51,125 nucleotides of DNA from a virus (Duplodnaviria > Caudoviricetes): the IMG/VR virus record IMGVR_UViG_3300043433_000078, positions 1 through 51,125 of that record. The stretch is one strand, 5' to 3'. A program made the position numbers and the translations under genes. Under the pieces are notes generated by a model, which saw nothing but the letters and a program-made list of their open reading frames with translations, made no database searches and was not told the origin of the DNA. Of the stretch, positions 26,150-36,159 are shown one piece after another. How positions within the stretch are numbered: position 1 is the stretch's first letter; every line of letters begins with the position of its first letter.

Positions 26150-26387
26150 ATTTAATAGACTCAGAAAACTCAGGGAAATTTTTGGGAATTTTTTGGTGGA
26201 AGGGCCCCTCTCTTGGAGCCCCTAGAGCAACAGAGTCCCCAGACCATCCAGAGTATCAGGGTGCCTAACCCCTACAAATATCAAGGGAATATCCGCACGA
26301 TCATCCAACACCTACAACCCTCGAAGCCACCCCCATTCCGGCTTGATTTCTATGACCACTTTTTAAAATTTTCACATAGTTCACAAA

Positions 26388-26466
26388 TTTAACATAAATT
26401 TAACATAAAATTGTTTCGGGTTTGGAATATTATGTTTATATTTACATATCAAATTAAAACAAACAA
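26388..26466 (+). promoter_or_regulatory. class I promoter
   Basis: Consensus copy. Confidence 0.75.
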
Positions 26467-26468
26467 AA

Positions 26469-26849
26469 ATGAATTGGGAAGAAAGAAAAGCAGCCTACAA
26501 GGCAAAAGCAAAGATGTTAAATGAAGTACCGAAAGACCTAAAGTACTTTTCAAAATTTAACAACCTGAAAATGGCAGTGATGGAGAAAGTTGAAGCTGAC
26601 ATTAAATCAGGTAAAATTAACGAGGAGGACGCTAGTGAGCTACGCACAATTAGGGATGCTGCAGATACTTTTGGTTTTACTGAAAGATATGTTAATGTGA
26701 TGATGGAATATGCATATCAAGAGGCAGTAATAGAAACTGCGAAAAGATTTGCATTAGAAACAAAGGCGATGAACGATGCTTACACAAAGATCGTTGATAT
26801 TATGGATGGATTGGATTTGTTACCAATTAATTGTAACTGTGATTATTAA
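26469..26849 (+). CDS. hypothetical protein
   Basis: ORF after promoter. Confidence 0.7.
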   Translation: MNWEERKAAYKAKAKMLNEVPKDLKYFSKFNNLKMAVMEKVEADIKSGKINEEDASELRTIRDAADTFGFTERYVNVMMEYAYQEAVIETAKRFALETKAMNDAYTKIVDIMDGLDLLPINCNCDY

Positions 26850-26852
26850 GAT

Positions 26853-27143
26853 ATGAAAAAGAAGGACATTATACCAACATTATACAAGAAATATAAAACT
26901 AAAGAGGGTTTTAAGGGTTTTATTGATAAATTAATCGAAAAGGTTATAAACAATGAACCTATTTCAGACAATGCAATGCTTGATGGATTTATTGTTGGCC
27001 TAATTCATTCAAATTCCGGTTATCTTTGGCTGCTTCTTTTTACTGAAAATGAATCACCTCCAATGAGTGATAACACAATTCAGCAATTGGAACAATGTGT
27101 AAAATGGATTTTAAACAATGAAAAAACTTTAAATAAATTGTAA
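26853..27143 (+). CDS. hypothetical protein
   Basis: ORF in operon context. Confidence 0.65.
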   Translation: MKKKDIIPTLYKKYKTKEGFKGFIDKLIEKVINNEPISDNAMLDGFIVGLIHSNSGYLWLLLFTENESPPMSDNTIQQLEQCVKWILNNEKTLNKL

Positions 27144-27200
27144 AAAAGTTTTACCGATTCAAATATTATGTTTATATTTACATATCTAATTAAAACAAAT
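27142..27200 (+). promoter_or_regulatory. class I promoter
   Basis: AAAAGTTTTACCGATTC...TTATATTTACATATC. Confidence 0.75.
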
Positions 27201-27205
27201 AAAAA

Positions 27206-27397
27206 ATGGTAGCAAATACAAATTGGATTTTTAATAAGTTTTGGAATACTTCAGCTAAAGAAATCCTTAAAAGAGTTAAAGAATATTCTACATCAGATTT
27301 AATTATGTTAGCTGATGCTACAATAACGTCAACTGGAGGACCTCAATTGATTCAAGCTAGGTTTATTACTAGAGAGTTATATAGAAGATTCAAATAA
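27206..27397 (+). CDS. hypothetical protein
   Basis: ORF after promoter. Confidence 0.65.
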   Translation: MVANTNWIFNKFWNTSAKEILKRVKEYSTSDLIMLADATITSTGGPQLIQARFITRELYRRFK

Positions 27398-27413
27398 ATT
27401 AAAACAAATAAAA

Positions 27414-27704
27414 ATGGCAATAGATTTTTTAAACTTTACCGATAAAGATGGTACTCCAATCAAATTAGGAGATATTGTAGATGTAACTAAAGGTAAACAC
27501 AAAGGAGCCGAAATGATATTCTTGTTTTGTATTCCTCAACACAGATTTGGATTTTGCTACAAACGAAGATACGATAATATGATGGAAACGAATGCTGAAA
27601 ATGGATTTGGGTTTAACATGTTTCCGGAAGAATTCATAACAATGGATGCTGATTTAAGCATGTATTATACCCCAGCAAGAAAAGCTGAAATTAAATTAAA
27701 ATAG
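27414..27704 (+). CDS. hypothetical protein
   Basis: ORF; leader AATTAAAACAAATAAAA shared with the preceding gene. Confidence 0.65.
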   Translation: MAIDFLNFTDKDGTPIKLGDIVDVTKGKHKGAEMIFLFCIPQHRFGFCYKRRYDNMMETNAENGFGFNMFPEEFITMDADLSMYYTPARKAEIKLK

Positions 27705-27705
27705 T

Positions 27706-28044
27706 ATGAGTAAGTATTATAGAGTTTGTAACATTAACACCCTACAGGTACTTTGGTACAATTACAATGGAGAATTTACTGGATTAATCCACAATGCATT
27801 TGATTTTTGTGAGAATAGTTCATTAGAAATGGAATTTGATGAAACCCTAGTTGGGTGGTTATCTGCAACTGATAGTTTAGAATCCTTATGGAAATGGTTT
27901 TCACAAGAGGATATTAAAGAACTACAACATCATGGATGGTATATTCATGAATTTGAAGCCGAAGATGTGAAATTCTACGAAAGATTTCAACATCTTGTAA
28001 TTAAACAAGAAACATCAAAAGTAACAAGACTAATTTTATTGTAA
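27706..28044 (+). CDS. hypothetical protein
   Basis: ORF in operon context. Confidence 0.65.
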   Translation: MSKYYRVCNINTLQVLWYNYNGEFTGLIHNAFDFCENSSLEMEFDETLVGWLSATDSLESLWKWFSQEDIKELQHHGWYIHEFEAEDVKFYERFQHLVIKQETSKVTRLILL

Positions 28045-28045
28045 T

Positions 28046-28693
28046 ATGAAAAACAAAAAAGAACATTTAGACATTGAGAATCCGATGGAAATGCTTGCTG
28101 CATTTACTCAAATGATGGGTTCTCCAGGATTTGGTAGTTTCTTTGGTGGATTACCATTCGAAGAGAAAGAAAAATATCCACATGAGCGATTAGGTGATGG
28201 ATATGAACTACGTAAAATTGAATTGAAAGATTCAAAAGGTGATCCTATTGACAATCGAGAAAAATACTCGCATTTGTATCATAACGATCTTAAAGTTTCT
28301 GATGAGGTCTTTCGTAAAGGCGGAATTGGTGGTAAATTTAAAGATGGTTATTGTTCACTGATCTATTATGTAAAAGACAAAAAGAATTCTAATGGATTTG
28401 ATTTTGGTACACATGTTATCATTAATCATTTAGGAGAAATTGTTATGGGTAGAAAGGGATTGGATTATCCTAGTCACATAGGTGGGCATCTTGGTTCGAT
28501 CAATAATTACATATATGATTTGAGAAGTGGTGCTGCAATTGCTCCAAAGTCTTCAACTACAATTACCGGAACCAATTGCATTATCGTCGAACATCGATAT
28601 GACTGGTACGACAAAGAGGTTAAGTTGCCATTAGGAATCTATAAGATTGATTTTCAAACTGCTGAAATAATTAAGATCGATGAAGTGAAATAA
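28046..28693 (+). CDS. hypothetical protein
   Basis: 215-aa ORF. Confidence 0.7.
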   Translation: MKNKKEHLDIENPMEMLAAFTQMMGSPGFGSFFGGLPFEEKEKYPHERLGDGYELRKIELKDSKGDPIDNREKYSHLYHNDLKVSDEVFRKGGIGGKFKDGYCSLIYYVKDKKNSNGFDFGTHVIINHLGEIVMGRKGLDYPSHIGGHLGSINNYIYDLRSGAAIAPKSSTTITGTNCIIVEHRYDWYDKEVKLPLGIYKIDFQTAEIIKIDEVK

Positions 28694-28697
28694 TTCA

Positions 28698-28758
28698 CAA
28701 AAAGTTTTACCGATTCAAATATTATGTTTATATTTACATATACAAATTAAAACAAACA
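28698..28758 (+). promoter_or_regulatory. class I promoter
   Basis: Consensus copy. Confidence 0.75.
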
Positions 28759-28760
28759 AA

Positions 28761-28994
28761 ATGAAAAAATTTATTATTCCAGTAGCGATCATCTTAACAG
28801 TAGGTTTATCGATGACATCATGTAAAGAAACGACTAAGATCGAATCAAGTAAGACCATTAACGTTAATGGTGCTGAGGAGAGTATTACAGCAATTACATT
28901 CGAAGGCCATGAGTATTTGATATATGATGGTTACAATTCCGGAAGTATGTGCCACTCAGAGTCTTGTGATTGTAAAACCCTTAAATCAAATTAA
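28761..28994 (+). CDS. putative lipoprotein
   Basis: MKK, hydrophobic stretch, MTSC; EGHEY...CHSESCDC; resembles 3547..3831. Confidence 0.7.
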   Translation: MKKFIIPVAIILTVGLSMTSCKETTKIESSKTINVNGAEESITAITFEGHEYLIYDGYNSGSMCHSESCDCKTLKSN

Positions 28995-28995
28995 G

Positions 28996-29208
28996 ATGAA
29001 CAAACTAGAAAAAATTACATCAATTATCGAAAGTTGTGAAACTTATGAACAAGTACAATCTTGTTTCTCATTTGTCAGAAATCCTGCATTTCTAGGAGAT
29101 GATTTAGCTATAAAATATAAAGTTCTCCTATTAATTCAATCTAAAGCATATTCTTTACGAAATACCGATTTGAAAGAACATAGAGATTTGATGAAACAAA
29201 TGATTTAG
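28996..29208 (+). CDS. hypothetical protein
   Basis: ORF from ATG 28996. Confidence 0.6.
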   Translation: MNKLEKITSIIESCETYEQVQSCFSFVRNPAFLGDDLAIKYKVLLLIQSKAYSLRNTDLKEHRDLMKQMI

Positions 29209-29240
29209 GTGTAATATAACTACTAATAAATTATACTAAC

Positions 29241-29540
29241 ATGTCAGATTTTAAGGTTACATTGAACGGATTCTTAAAGTGTTTTAGCAACTTTGAGTTT
29301 AATATCATTAAAAAGAATAAAAAGGTTAAAGTTGACATGAGCGCTGATTCGATTCAACAGTCAGAATCTCATTTGTTAAAAATGTTACAGCAGGCAAAAC
29401 GTGAACTTTCACGAGCCTATAAAGCACACAAAGCTGGTAAAATGAGCATCGATGAGTTATTTGACTATGAATGGCATGTAAGCGAATTAGAACAACAAAT
29501 TAAGGGTCTGAAAGATTTCTCTGAGGACGAACAAGATTAA
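29241..29540 (+). CDS. hypothetical protein
   Basis: ORF after a class II promoter. Confidence 0.65.
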   Translation: MSDFKVTLNGFLKCFSNFEFNIIKKNKKVKVDMSADSIQQSESHLLKMLQQAKRELSRAYKAHKAGKMSIDELFDYEWHVSELEQQIKGLKDFSEDEQD

Positions 29541-29542
29541 TT

Positions 29543-29971
29543 ATGACCTATCCAGAATTTATCGTACAGGAATACTTAAGTGATATTTATAAAGTATCAT
29601 TGAACCAACCGAAATTAGAGGATGGTAGCAGACCAAGTATTAAGAAGCTTGGACCATTTGTCTATGTAACTGTCCAAGTTAGGGTTGTTGATATTTATAG
29701 TAGATCGGCAAAGTTACATTTAACTTTTGAAGGGATCAATCGTGAAGATATATTTTATATGTCGAGCCATAAGAGCCCAGATCAATTAGGCAATGAAATC
29801 TACAAGAAGATTGATAAAATTGTTAATAAGGCTCTAATCGAAGAGGGTCGCGAGGAATGGATTCGTACCGAATTTGCAAAGGCACAAGAAAGACTAAATA
29901 TTACACTACAAAATATAGTTGGTAAAATAAAAGAAATCGATGGGAATAGGGAGAATAATTTGCAGGATTAG
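29543..29971 (+). CDS. hypothetical protein
   Basis: ORF in operon context. Confidence 0.65.
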   Translation: MTYPEFIVQEYLSDIYKVSLNQPKLEDGSRPSIKKLGPFVYVTVQVRVVDIYSRSAKLHLTFEGINREDIFYMSSHKSPDQLGNEIYKKIDKIVNKALIEEGREEWIRTEFAKAQERLNITLQNIVGKIKEIDGNRENNLQD

Positions 29972-30143
29972 AGGACATAAATATTCCTATAATTTCGGAT
30001 GGATGCCAACAAAATGCGAGTGTAAAAGATGTGGAAAGAAATGGAAGACGATTAATAATCCAGAGTACATTCCAGGGCAATCAAATCCATTAGAGATTGA
30101 TATTTATATATGGGTTGAAGATAAACCAGAGAAAAATGAGTGA
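29940..30143 (+). CDS. small Cys/His protein (DUF1660-like C...GH...CKRCG)
   Basis: ICRIRGHKY...CKRCG. Confidence 0.6.
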   Translation: MGIGRIICRIRGHKYSYNFGWMPTKCECKRCGKKWKTINNPEYIPGQSNPLEIDIYIWVEDKPEKNE

Positions 30144-30288
30144 AATAAACTTAGTTGAAGAGGAATTATGGGACCACTACAGTGGACTTCCAAATCCCCT
30201 ATGGTATCAATATAAAAAAGAATTGAGTGATGAGGAGGATGATACAAGTGATAGCTCTAATTTGGGAACTAGCGATAAAAAAATTTAA
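30136..30288 (+). CDS. hypothetical protein
   Basis: ORF from ATG 30136; WDHYSGLP.P motif. Confidence 0.55.
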   Translation: MSEINLVEEELWDHYSGLPNPLWYQYKKELSDEEDDTSDSSNLGTSDKKI

Positions 30289-30302
30289 AAAAAGAAAAGT
30301 AT

Positions 30303-30881
30303 ATGGGAGTTATGAAGAACTTAATAGTAGTTGCACATCCCGACAAGAAAAGTTTTTGTCGCGACGGAATTGTGAAAACAATTATAAAAACATTAAAGAC
30401 TAATGGAGAGGAGGTTAATGTTATTGACCTTTACGCTGAGAATAAAACCTTTGAGTTTGAATATAATAAAATTCAAGAATATAAGTCACTAATTACAAAT
30501 TGTGATAGAATCTATATTGTTTCTCCAGTTTGGTGGTTTAGAACTACACCGGCACTAGAATCATTTTTTGATCAGGTATTTACACCAGGATTTGCATATA
30601 ACTTTATTCCAATCACAAAATTATACGGATATCCAAAACCACTATTAAGCAATAAAAAAGCTAGAACATATCTAACTCATGGAGCTCCAGCGCTACCAGT
30701 TGTTTCATTATATTTAAACTCAGTGAAACTTCGATTAGTAATGGGTGTATACTCATTTGTATTTGGATGGTTTAAGACAAAGACAAGACAATTTTGGAGT
30801 GTACCCTTTGTTTCGCAAGAAAAAAGAGAAGAATATTTAAAAAGAGTTGAGAAAGATATTAAAAACGATCTAAAGAAATGA
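30303..30881 (+). CDS. NAD(P)H-dependent flavodoxin-like oxidoreductase (Flavodoxin_2)
   Basis: LIVVAHP...SF, DLY, P.WW...P..L..FFD.VF.PGFAY, THG. Confidence 0.85.
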   Translation: MGVMKNLIVVAHPDKKSFCRDGIVKTIIKTLKTNGEEVNVIDLYAENKTFEFEYNKIQEYKSLITNCDRIYIVSPVWWFRTTPALESFFDQVFTPGFAYNFIPITKLYGYPKPLLSNKKARTYLTHGAPALPVVSLYLNSVKLRLVMGVYSFVFGWFKTKTRQFWSVPFVSQEKREEYLKRVEKDIKNDLKK

Positions 30882-31078
30882 TAAAAGTAGTATGTACTGG
30901 AAAATATCTCTTATTTAATGTACATCATAATGGTATTGTCTATGAATGTATGACAAGTTCAGATACAAAAGACCTATTTGAATGTAATCCTGAACCAGAG
31001 AATTGGGTTGAGATAGAAGATATAATTAGAAATGCCGCTTGGAATTTAGAAATAGAAAACTTAAATGAATTAGGATGA
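30878..31078 (+). CDS. hypothetical protein
   Basis: ORF; ATGA overlap. Confidence 0.6.
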   Translation: MIKVVCTGKYLLFNVHHNGIVYECMTSSDTKDLFECNPEPENWVEIEDIIRNAAWNLEIENLNELG

Positions 31079-31218
31079 GTACAAAGGAGAATGCAAAGGA
31101 TGAATTAATTCAATTACTTATGTCACAAGTAATAGATCTATCAATGATGTCCAAAATTGAATTGGGCGATGATGTAATCGCAGAAATAAACAGACTTAAA
31201 AAAATTATCAATGAATAA
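31075..31218 (+). CDS. hypothetical protein (47 aa)
   Basis: ATGA overlap; fills the gap before thyA. Confidence 0.55.
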   Translation: MSTKENAKDELIQLLMSQVIDLSMMSKIELGDDVIAEINRLKKIINE

Positions 31219-31855
31219 TTTAGATAAACAATATATTGCACTCTTAAATGATATTTTAGCAAATGGAGTGAAAAAAGAGGACCGAACAGGAACTGGTACA
31301 ATTTCAGTTTTTGGTCGTCAAATTCGTCATAAAATGTCGGAAGGATTTCCACTGCTTACAACTAAGAAAATGCCTTTTAAAACTATTGCAACTGAATTAA
31401 TATGGTTCCTTCGAGGCGATACAAATATTAAATACTTAGTTGAAAATGGTTGTAATATCTGGAATGGCGACGCATACAAGAACTATTGTAAATACACATC
31501 AGCAAATTCATCTGAATGGAATAAATGGATGAGAGATAATGGAGATGGTAGTCTTAGTATGTTTACTCAAGAAGAATTCATTGACAAAATCAAAACCGAT
31601 GATGAGTTTGCTAAGAAATGGGGTCAATTAGGTCCAATTTATGGTAAACAATGGAGAAATTGGGATTGGTATGAATTTGATGATTCAGTTAAAAAAGTAG
31701 ACCAAATCCAAAACCTAATCAATGACCTTAAAACAAATCCAGACTCAAGAAGATTAATGGTTAATGCTTGGAATGTAACAGATTTGCCAGTTACCGATTA
31801 TAGAACAGATGATGAACTCTATCAAGATTATTTAAAAGATTTCGAAAAGAAGTAA
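31211..31855 (+). CDS. thyA: thymidylate synthase, N-terminal fragment
   Basis: [46 protein letters not shown]; stops before the catalytic PCH. Confidence 0.92.
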   Translation: MNNLDKQYIALLNDILANGVKKEDRTGTGTISVFGRQIRHKMSEGFPLLTTKKMPFKTIATELIWFLRGDTNIKYLVENGCNIWNGDAYKNYCKYTSANSSEWNKWMRDNGDGSLSMFTQEEFIDKIKTDDEFAKKWGQLGPIYGKQWRNWDWYEFDDSVKKVDQIQNLINDLKTNPDSRRLMVNAWNVTDLPVTDYRTDDELYQDYLKDFEKK

Positions 31856-31904
31856 AATTGTAAAACTTTCTTAGATATATAAATAAAAAGGAAGTAATAT
31901 CATT

Positions 31905-32813
31905 ATGATTATCTATAAAATCACAAATCAAATAAATTCTAAAATTTATATAGGACAAGACAAACACAACAATCCTAATTATTTAGGAAGTGGGAAGATT
32001 TTGCACCTTGCCTTTCAAAAGTACGGACTTGAAAATTTTAATAAAGAAATTCTTGAAGTATGCGAATCGGTAAAAGATTTAAACGAAAGAGAAAAGTACT
32101 GGATAAGTTTTTATGATTCAACAAATAGAAGAATCGGTTACAATATAGCATTAGGCGGAGACGGTGGAGACACATTATCTAAACATCCAAATAAAAAAGA
32201 AATAGGCAAGAGAATTGGTGAATCTAATAAGAAACGTTGGGAAGATGAAGATTACAAAACCAATATGTCAGAAATTAGAAAGAATCAAATAACTGAAGAG
32301 ACTCGAGAAAAACTTTCAAAGTCATCTAAAGGAGAAAATAATGGAATGTATGGGAAATCTCATAATGATGTTGCAAAAGATAAAATGTCAGAAGCTAGAA
32401 AAAAATGGCATGAAAAATTAACAGAAGAAGAAAGAAATAACATTAGTAAAAAAATTAGTGAAGCTAATACAGGTAAAGAAAGCTATTGGAAAGGGAAAAA
32501 TAACGATACACATTCTGAATGGATGAAACAAAATAATCCAATGAAAGGCAAAACGCATACTGATGAAGTAAAACAGAGGATATCGGAAGCTAATAAAAAA
32601 CCAAAATCTGAAGAGACTAAAAGAAAACTTAGTGAAGCTAATAAAGGAAAGAAACCGGGAAACATGGTAAAAGTTGAAGTAGATGGAATAGTTTATGAAA
32701 GTTTAAGTGAAGCTTCAATTAAGACTGGAATAAATATGTCTACTCTAAGAAACCGAATCAAATCAAAAAATACTAAATACTTAAATTATAAAATATATGA
32801 ATCCACTAACTAA
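31905..32813 (+). mobile_element. GIY-YIG (Seg-like) homing endonuclease with NUMOD3 repeats, inserted in thyA
   Basis: IYKITN...YIGQ...YLGSG, GYNI..GG, NPMKGKTHTDE; C-terminal HTH-like segment. Confidence 0.88.
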
Positions 32814-33567
32814 AGAAAAGTTTTTAGAAAAACTAAAAACTGATAGAAATTTTAATAATAAGTACGGAAGAAAACATATTACAGAAGGAAAAATGGTTCT
32901 ACCCCCTTGTCATTATGGATTTCAAGTTTATACAAGAGAATTGAGTTTGGACGAGAGATTAGACCTTATGAGAAAAAGAACTAAAGACGGAACTGTTGAT
33001 TATGATAACAGACATCATGGTTTTTTAGACTTTTATAATATACCTAAACGATCAATCTCTTTAATGTGGAATCAACGAAGTGTAGATACATTCTTAGGTT
33101 TACCATTTAATATTGCAAGTTATGCGCTCTTATTAGAAATCATTGCAAAAATGGTTAATATGGTTCCGGATGAATTGGTTGGAAATCTCGGTGATGCTCA
33201 TTTATATTCAAATCATATTGAACAAGCGATAGAACAAATTGGAGTACCATATACTGCCGAAGAAAGACATACAATGTTAAAAGAAGCTATGGGAGATGAA
33301 GCCTATGAAAATGCAGTTGAACAACTTGAAGCGTTTGGCGGAGGTTTAAGTGAGTATTATGATTCATATAAAATACCACGACGTACAAGAGAACCTTACG
33401 TATTACCAACATTAAAAATGTCAAATTTGGTTGAAATTGACATAATGAAATACGGTACGTTTGCAAATGCTAATTTAGATATGTTTATAAGTAGATTGGA
33501 ACCAATAGATTTTACTATTGAAAACTATCAATCGCATCCAACTATTAAAGCACCTTTAAGTAATTAA
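32797..33567 (+). CDS. thyA: thymidylate synthase, C-terminal fragment
   Basis: MVLPPCHYGFQ, QRSVDTFLGLPFNIASY, GDAHLYSNH, IKAPLS. Confidence 0.92.
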   Translation: MNPLTKEKFLEKLKTDRNFNNKYGRKHITEGKMVLPPCHYGFQVYTRELSLDERLDLMRKRTKDGTVDYDNRHHGFLDFYNIPKRSISLMWNQRSVDTFLGLPFNIASYALLLEIIAKMVNMVPDELVGNLGDAHLYSNHIEQAIEQIGVPYTAEERHTMLKEAMGDEAYENAVEQLEAFGGGLSEYYDSYKIPRRTREPYVLPTLKMSNLVEIDIMKYGTFANANLDMFISRLEPIDFTIENYQSHPTIKAPLSN

Positions 33568-33569
33568 AT

Positions 33570-33881
33570 ATGAGCACAAAAACTAAAGTAAGAAAAATTG
33601 TTAAAGAATGGAAAGATGCTACAAGAGTAGAGATCTGGCAAGCCACTCGCGATAATTTTATCTTTGGATTTCTAGGAGCAATCCTTGTAGTTTTTATTTC
33701 AGCTCGAATCGATATTGCAGTATTACTCGGTTATCTGGTTTATTATTCGTATATGGGAACTGTTGTGAATAGGCCTAAATACGTAACGGATCTTGGTAAA
33801 TTAATAGTGTTTCCAATCCCAACCGCATTAGGAGCATTTACCGGATATAAAATGGCATATATTTTAACAACTTATATATAA
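33570..33881 (+). CDS. membrane protein
   Basis: Three hydrophobic segments. Confidence 0.65.
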   Translation: MSTKTKVRKIVKEWKDATRVEIWQATRDNFIFGFLGAILVVFISARIDIAVLLGYLVYYSYMGTVVNRPKYVTDLGKLIVFPIPTALGAFTGYKMAYILTTYI

Positions 33882-34012
33882 TGGACGATAGAACCCTAAT
33901 TTGTAGCAGATGTGGTACAATACTAAAACAGACAGGAACTGACCAGAATGGAAAGTATAAAAAATGTAATAATTGCAAGATAGTAACATCCAATAGCAAC
34001 ACATCTGGTTAA
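33881..34012 (+). CDS. small zinc-ribbon protein (43 aa)
   Basis: CSRC...CNNC; TAATG overlap. Confidence 0.5.
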   Translation: MDDRTLICSRCGTILKQTGTDQNGKYKKCNNCKIVTSNSNTSG

Positions 34013-34037
34013 GCTATTTCCCGATGATATATAGTTT

Positions 34038-34874
34038 ATGAATAGATTTAAAACATACTTTGGATATTCTGTCGATAGAATAAATTATGCAGATGCTCCT
34101 AAACAAAAGGATCAGTTTGTAATTGATTCAGCACCAAGTCTGAATTTAATTAAAATTGATGAGTGGAGCGCTCCAGTTAAAGCATGCCCAGAAAATGGGT
34201 CATTAGATACTAAGAATGAACTACTAAGAATGAGCGCTGAAATTAACCAAATGAGTACCGACGACCAGAAGGATATTGTTGAAAAATACGATGAATTCTT
34301 AGACGAATTTGAAAAGGCTTGTACTAAAGAATACTTAATATTTCCAAAAGAATATTTAAACGACCTAATAAACGAATCTGTAGAAATCATTACAAAATTA
34401 AAATGGAAGTATAACAGACCAAGACCATATCAATTGGCTCCAGTTTTGGGAATTCCACTAAGATTCGATATTAAAGAAACTGCAAAATGTCCAAGTTATC
34501 CAAGTGGACATGCGTGTCAAAGTAAATTGATCGCTAATGTACTTTCATTGATGTTTCCAGAAATGACTGAGAAATTTCAAAAAATTGCTGACAAAACATC
34601 ATATTCAAGATATATTGGAGGATTACATTTTCCATCAGATCTAGTTTATGGCGTTGAATTAGCAGATTGGATGATTAATTATGTTGTCCTGCCTGATCAA
34701 GTAGATGAAGCGAAAACAATTGGACTCCAGAATGATTTACCTAATATAACACCGAATCCAATTCAACCTGGTGAAGGTGAAGATGGTAGGTTACTAAAAA
34801 TAAGACAATTCAAAGGAACTGTCGCAGATTATAAGAATTATTGGGATGATAGAATCAGTAAAGGACTTAATTAG
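34038..34874 (+). CDS. PAP2/haloperoxidase-family phosphatase
   Basis: K..YNRPRP, SYPSGH, SR..GGLHFPSD. Confidence 0.85.
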   Translation: MNRFKTYFGYSVDRINYADAPKQKDQFVIDSAPSLNLIKIDEWSAPVKACPENGSLDTKNELLRMSAEINQMSTDDQKDIVEKYDEFLDEFEKACTKEYLIFPKEYLNDLINESVEIITKLKWKYNRPRPYQLAPVLGIPLRFDIKETAKCPSYPSGHACQSKLIANVLSLMFPEMTEKFQKIADKTSYSRYIGGLHFPSDLVYGVELADWMINYVVLPDQVDEAKTIGLQNDLPNITPNPIQPGEGEDGRLLKIRQFKGTVADYKNYWDDRISKGLN

Positions 34875-35169
34875 TCAATTAATAGCAGAATGGGGTTGGG
34901 CAATTGCAGTAGCATTATTGACAATTGCAATGAAAGATGCATTAAGTAAATTATGGTTAGGCATCCAATTCCTATGGGGAAATGATTTTAATGTTGATGA
35001 TGTTGTTTATATTAATGGAATTAAGAAAGCAAGAATCGTGAGACAGAATGTTTGGAAAACCACATTTTATCTATACGATCATAATCGAAAATTTATCGTA
35101 CCTAACGACAGGGTTTGGACCCTGAATATTGAGAAAGAATTACCAGAAGACAAGAAACAATTATTTTAA
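34846..35169 (+). CDS. small membrane protein with MscS-like beta domain
   Basis: TM helix followed by F.VDDVV.ING....KT......VPN. Confidence 0.55.
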   Translation: MIESVKDLISQLIAEWGWAIAVALLTIAMKDALSKLWLGIQFLWGNDFNVDDVVYINGIKKARIVRQNVWKTTFYLYDHNRKFIVPNDRVWTLNIEKELPEDKKQLF

Positions 35170-35219
35170 TTGATATATAAATAGTAGTACTTACGCTATT
35201 AATCAAAATTTTATGTGTT

Positions 35220-35417
35220 ATGGAGTTCATTAACGAAGTTACTCCGACTTCGCAAAATGAACCAAGAATTGAAGTATCTGTTAGTGAAGATCAAATCAAT
35301 GAAGTATTAGTTTTCCCTCATTTATCACGAGAGGACTATCATATTTTCAATTGCTTTGATTTTAATGAGTCTGATGATGACGACTTGGTCTTATTTGGTG
35401 TCGGCGGTCCTGCTTAA
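35220..35417 (+). CDS. hypothetical acidic protein
   Basis: ORF between a promoter and a terminator. Confidence 0.6.
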   Translation: MEFINEVTPTSQNEPRIEVSVSEDQINEVLVFPHLSREDYHIFNCFDFNESDDDDLVLFGVGGPA

Positions 35418-35424
35418 AAAGCTT

Positions 35425-35450
35425 AAAGTGTATCTCGGTACACTTTTTTT
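35425..35450 (+). terminator. intrinsic terminator
   Basis: AAAGTGTA-TCTCGG-TACACTTTTTTT. Confidence 0.7.
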
Positions 35451-35466
35451 ATGTGAAATGAAAAAA

Positions 35467-35550
35467 TTAACATAAATTTAACAAAAAAAGTCACTAAAAG
35501 TTTTCGGGATTCATTTATTATGTTTATATTTACATATAATTAAATAAACA
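35467..35550 (+). promoter_or_regulatory. class I promoter
   Basis: TTAACATAAATTTAACA, AAAAGTTTTCGG, TTATATTTACATAT. Confidence 0.75.
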
Positions 35551-35553
35551 ACT

Positions 35554-36123
35554 ATGATTTATACTTATTGTAAAAAAACATCAAGATACCGAGCGTTTGG
35601 TATTAAAGCTTATTTAAAATCTTTAATCGTGTTTGGTGCCATGTTTGGTGTTGCAAGCTATTACATGTACAATAGCGGAATTAAAAACACTATTAAGTCG
35701 ATGACCATTGAAGAGAGAATCATGTTAATTAACGATTCTGACCCATTTACTGAAAATAAAATGGCAGAAATGATGAAAGAATTAAATGTTAAGTTTGCAT
35801 GGATTCCAATGGCACAGTCAATGATTGAAACTGGACACTTCCATAGTGATATTTTCATCGAGAACAATAATCTATTTGGTATGAAGGAGGCAAAATCTAG
35901 GATTACTACAGCAATCGGTACTAATAAAAATCATGCTGAATATAATACTTGGAGGGAGAGCATCTATGATTATGCATTTTATCAAAGTAGATACTTAGGA
36001 AAGATCCGAAGTGAATCAGAATATTACCAGTATTTAAGTGCTAGTTATGCTGAAGATCCAACTTATGTTGCAAAGATTAAACAAATGGTCGAGCGTCACA
36101 AATTAAAACAATTATTTAATTAG
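35554..36123 (+). CDS. membrane-anchored glucosaminidase (GH73/FlgJ-like)
   Basis: AQS.IETG, NNLFGMK, Y....ESI.DY, YAEDP.Y. Confidence 0.82.
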   Translation: MIYTYCKKTSRYRAFGIKAYLKSLIVFGAMFGVASYYMYNSGIKNTIKSMTIEERIMLINDSDPFTENKMAEMMKELNVKFAWIPMAQSMIETGHFHSDIFIENNNLFGMKEAKSRITTAIGTNKNHAEYNTWRESIYDYAFYQSRYLGKIRSESEYYQYLSASYAEDPTYVAKIKQMVERHKLKQLFN

Positions 36124-36159
36124 ATATATAATCTAATATTAATAAAAATAAAATTTAAG

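Noticed and set aside
31790-32900. Group I intron or split intein in thyA
   Set aside because: There is no non-coding space or recognisable P/Q/R/S core, the endonuclease ORF overlaps thyA-C, and no intein terminal residues are visible. Judged by eye only.
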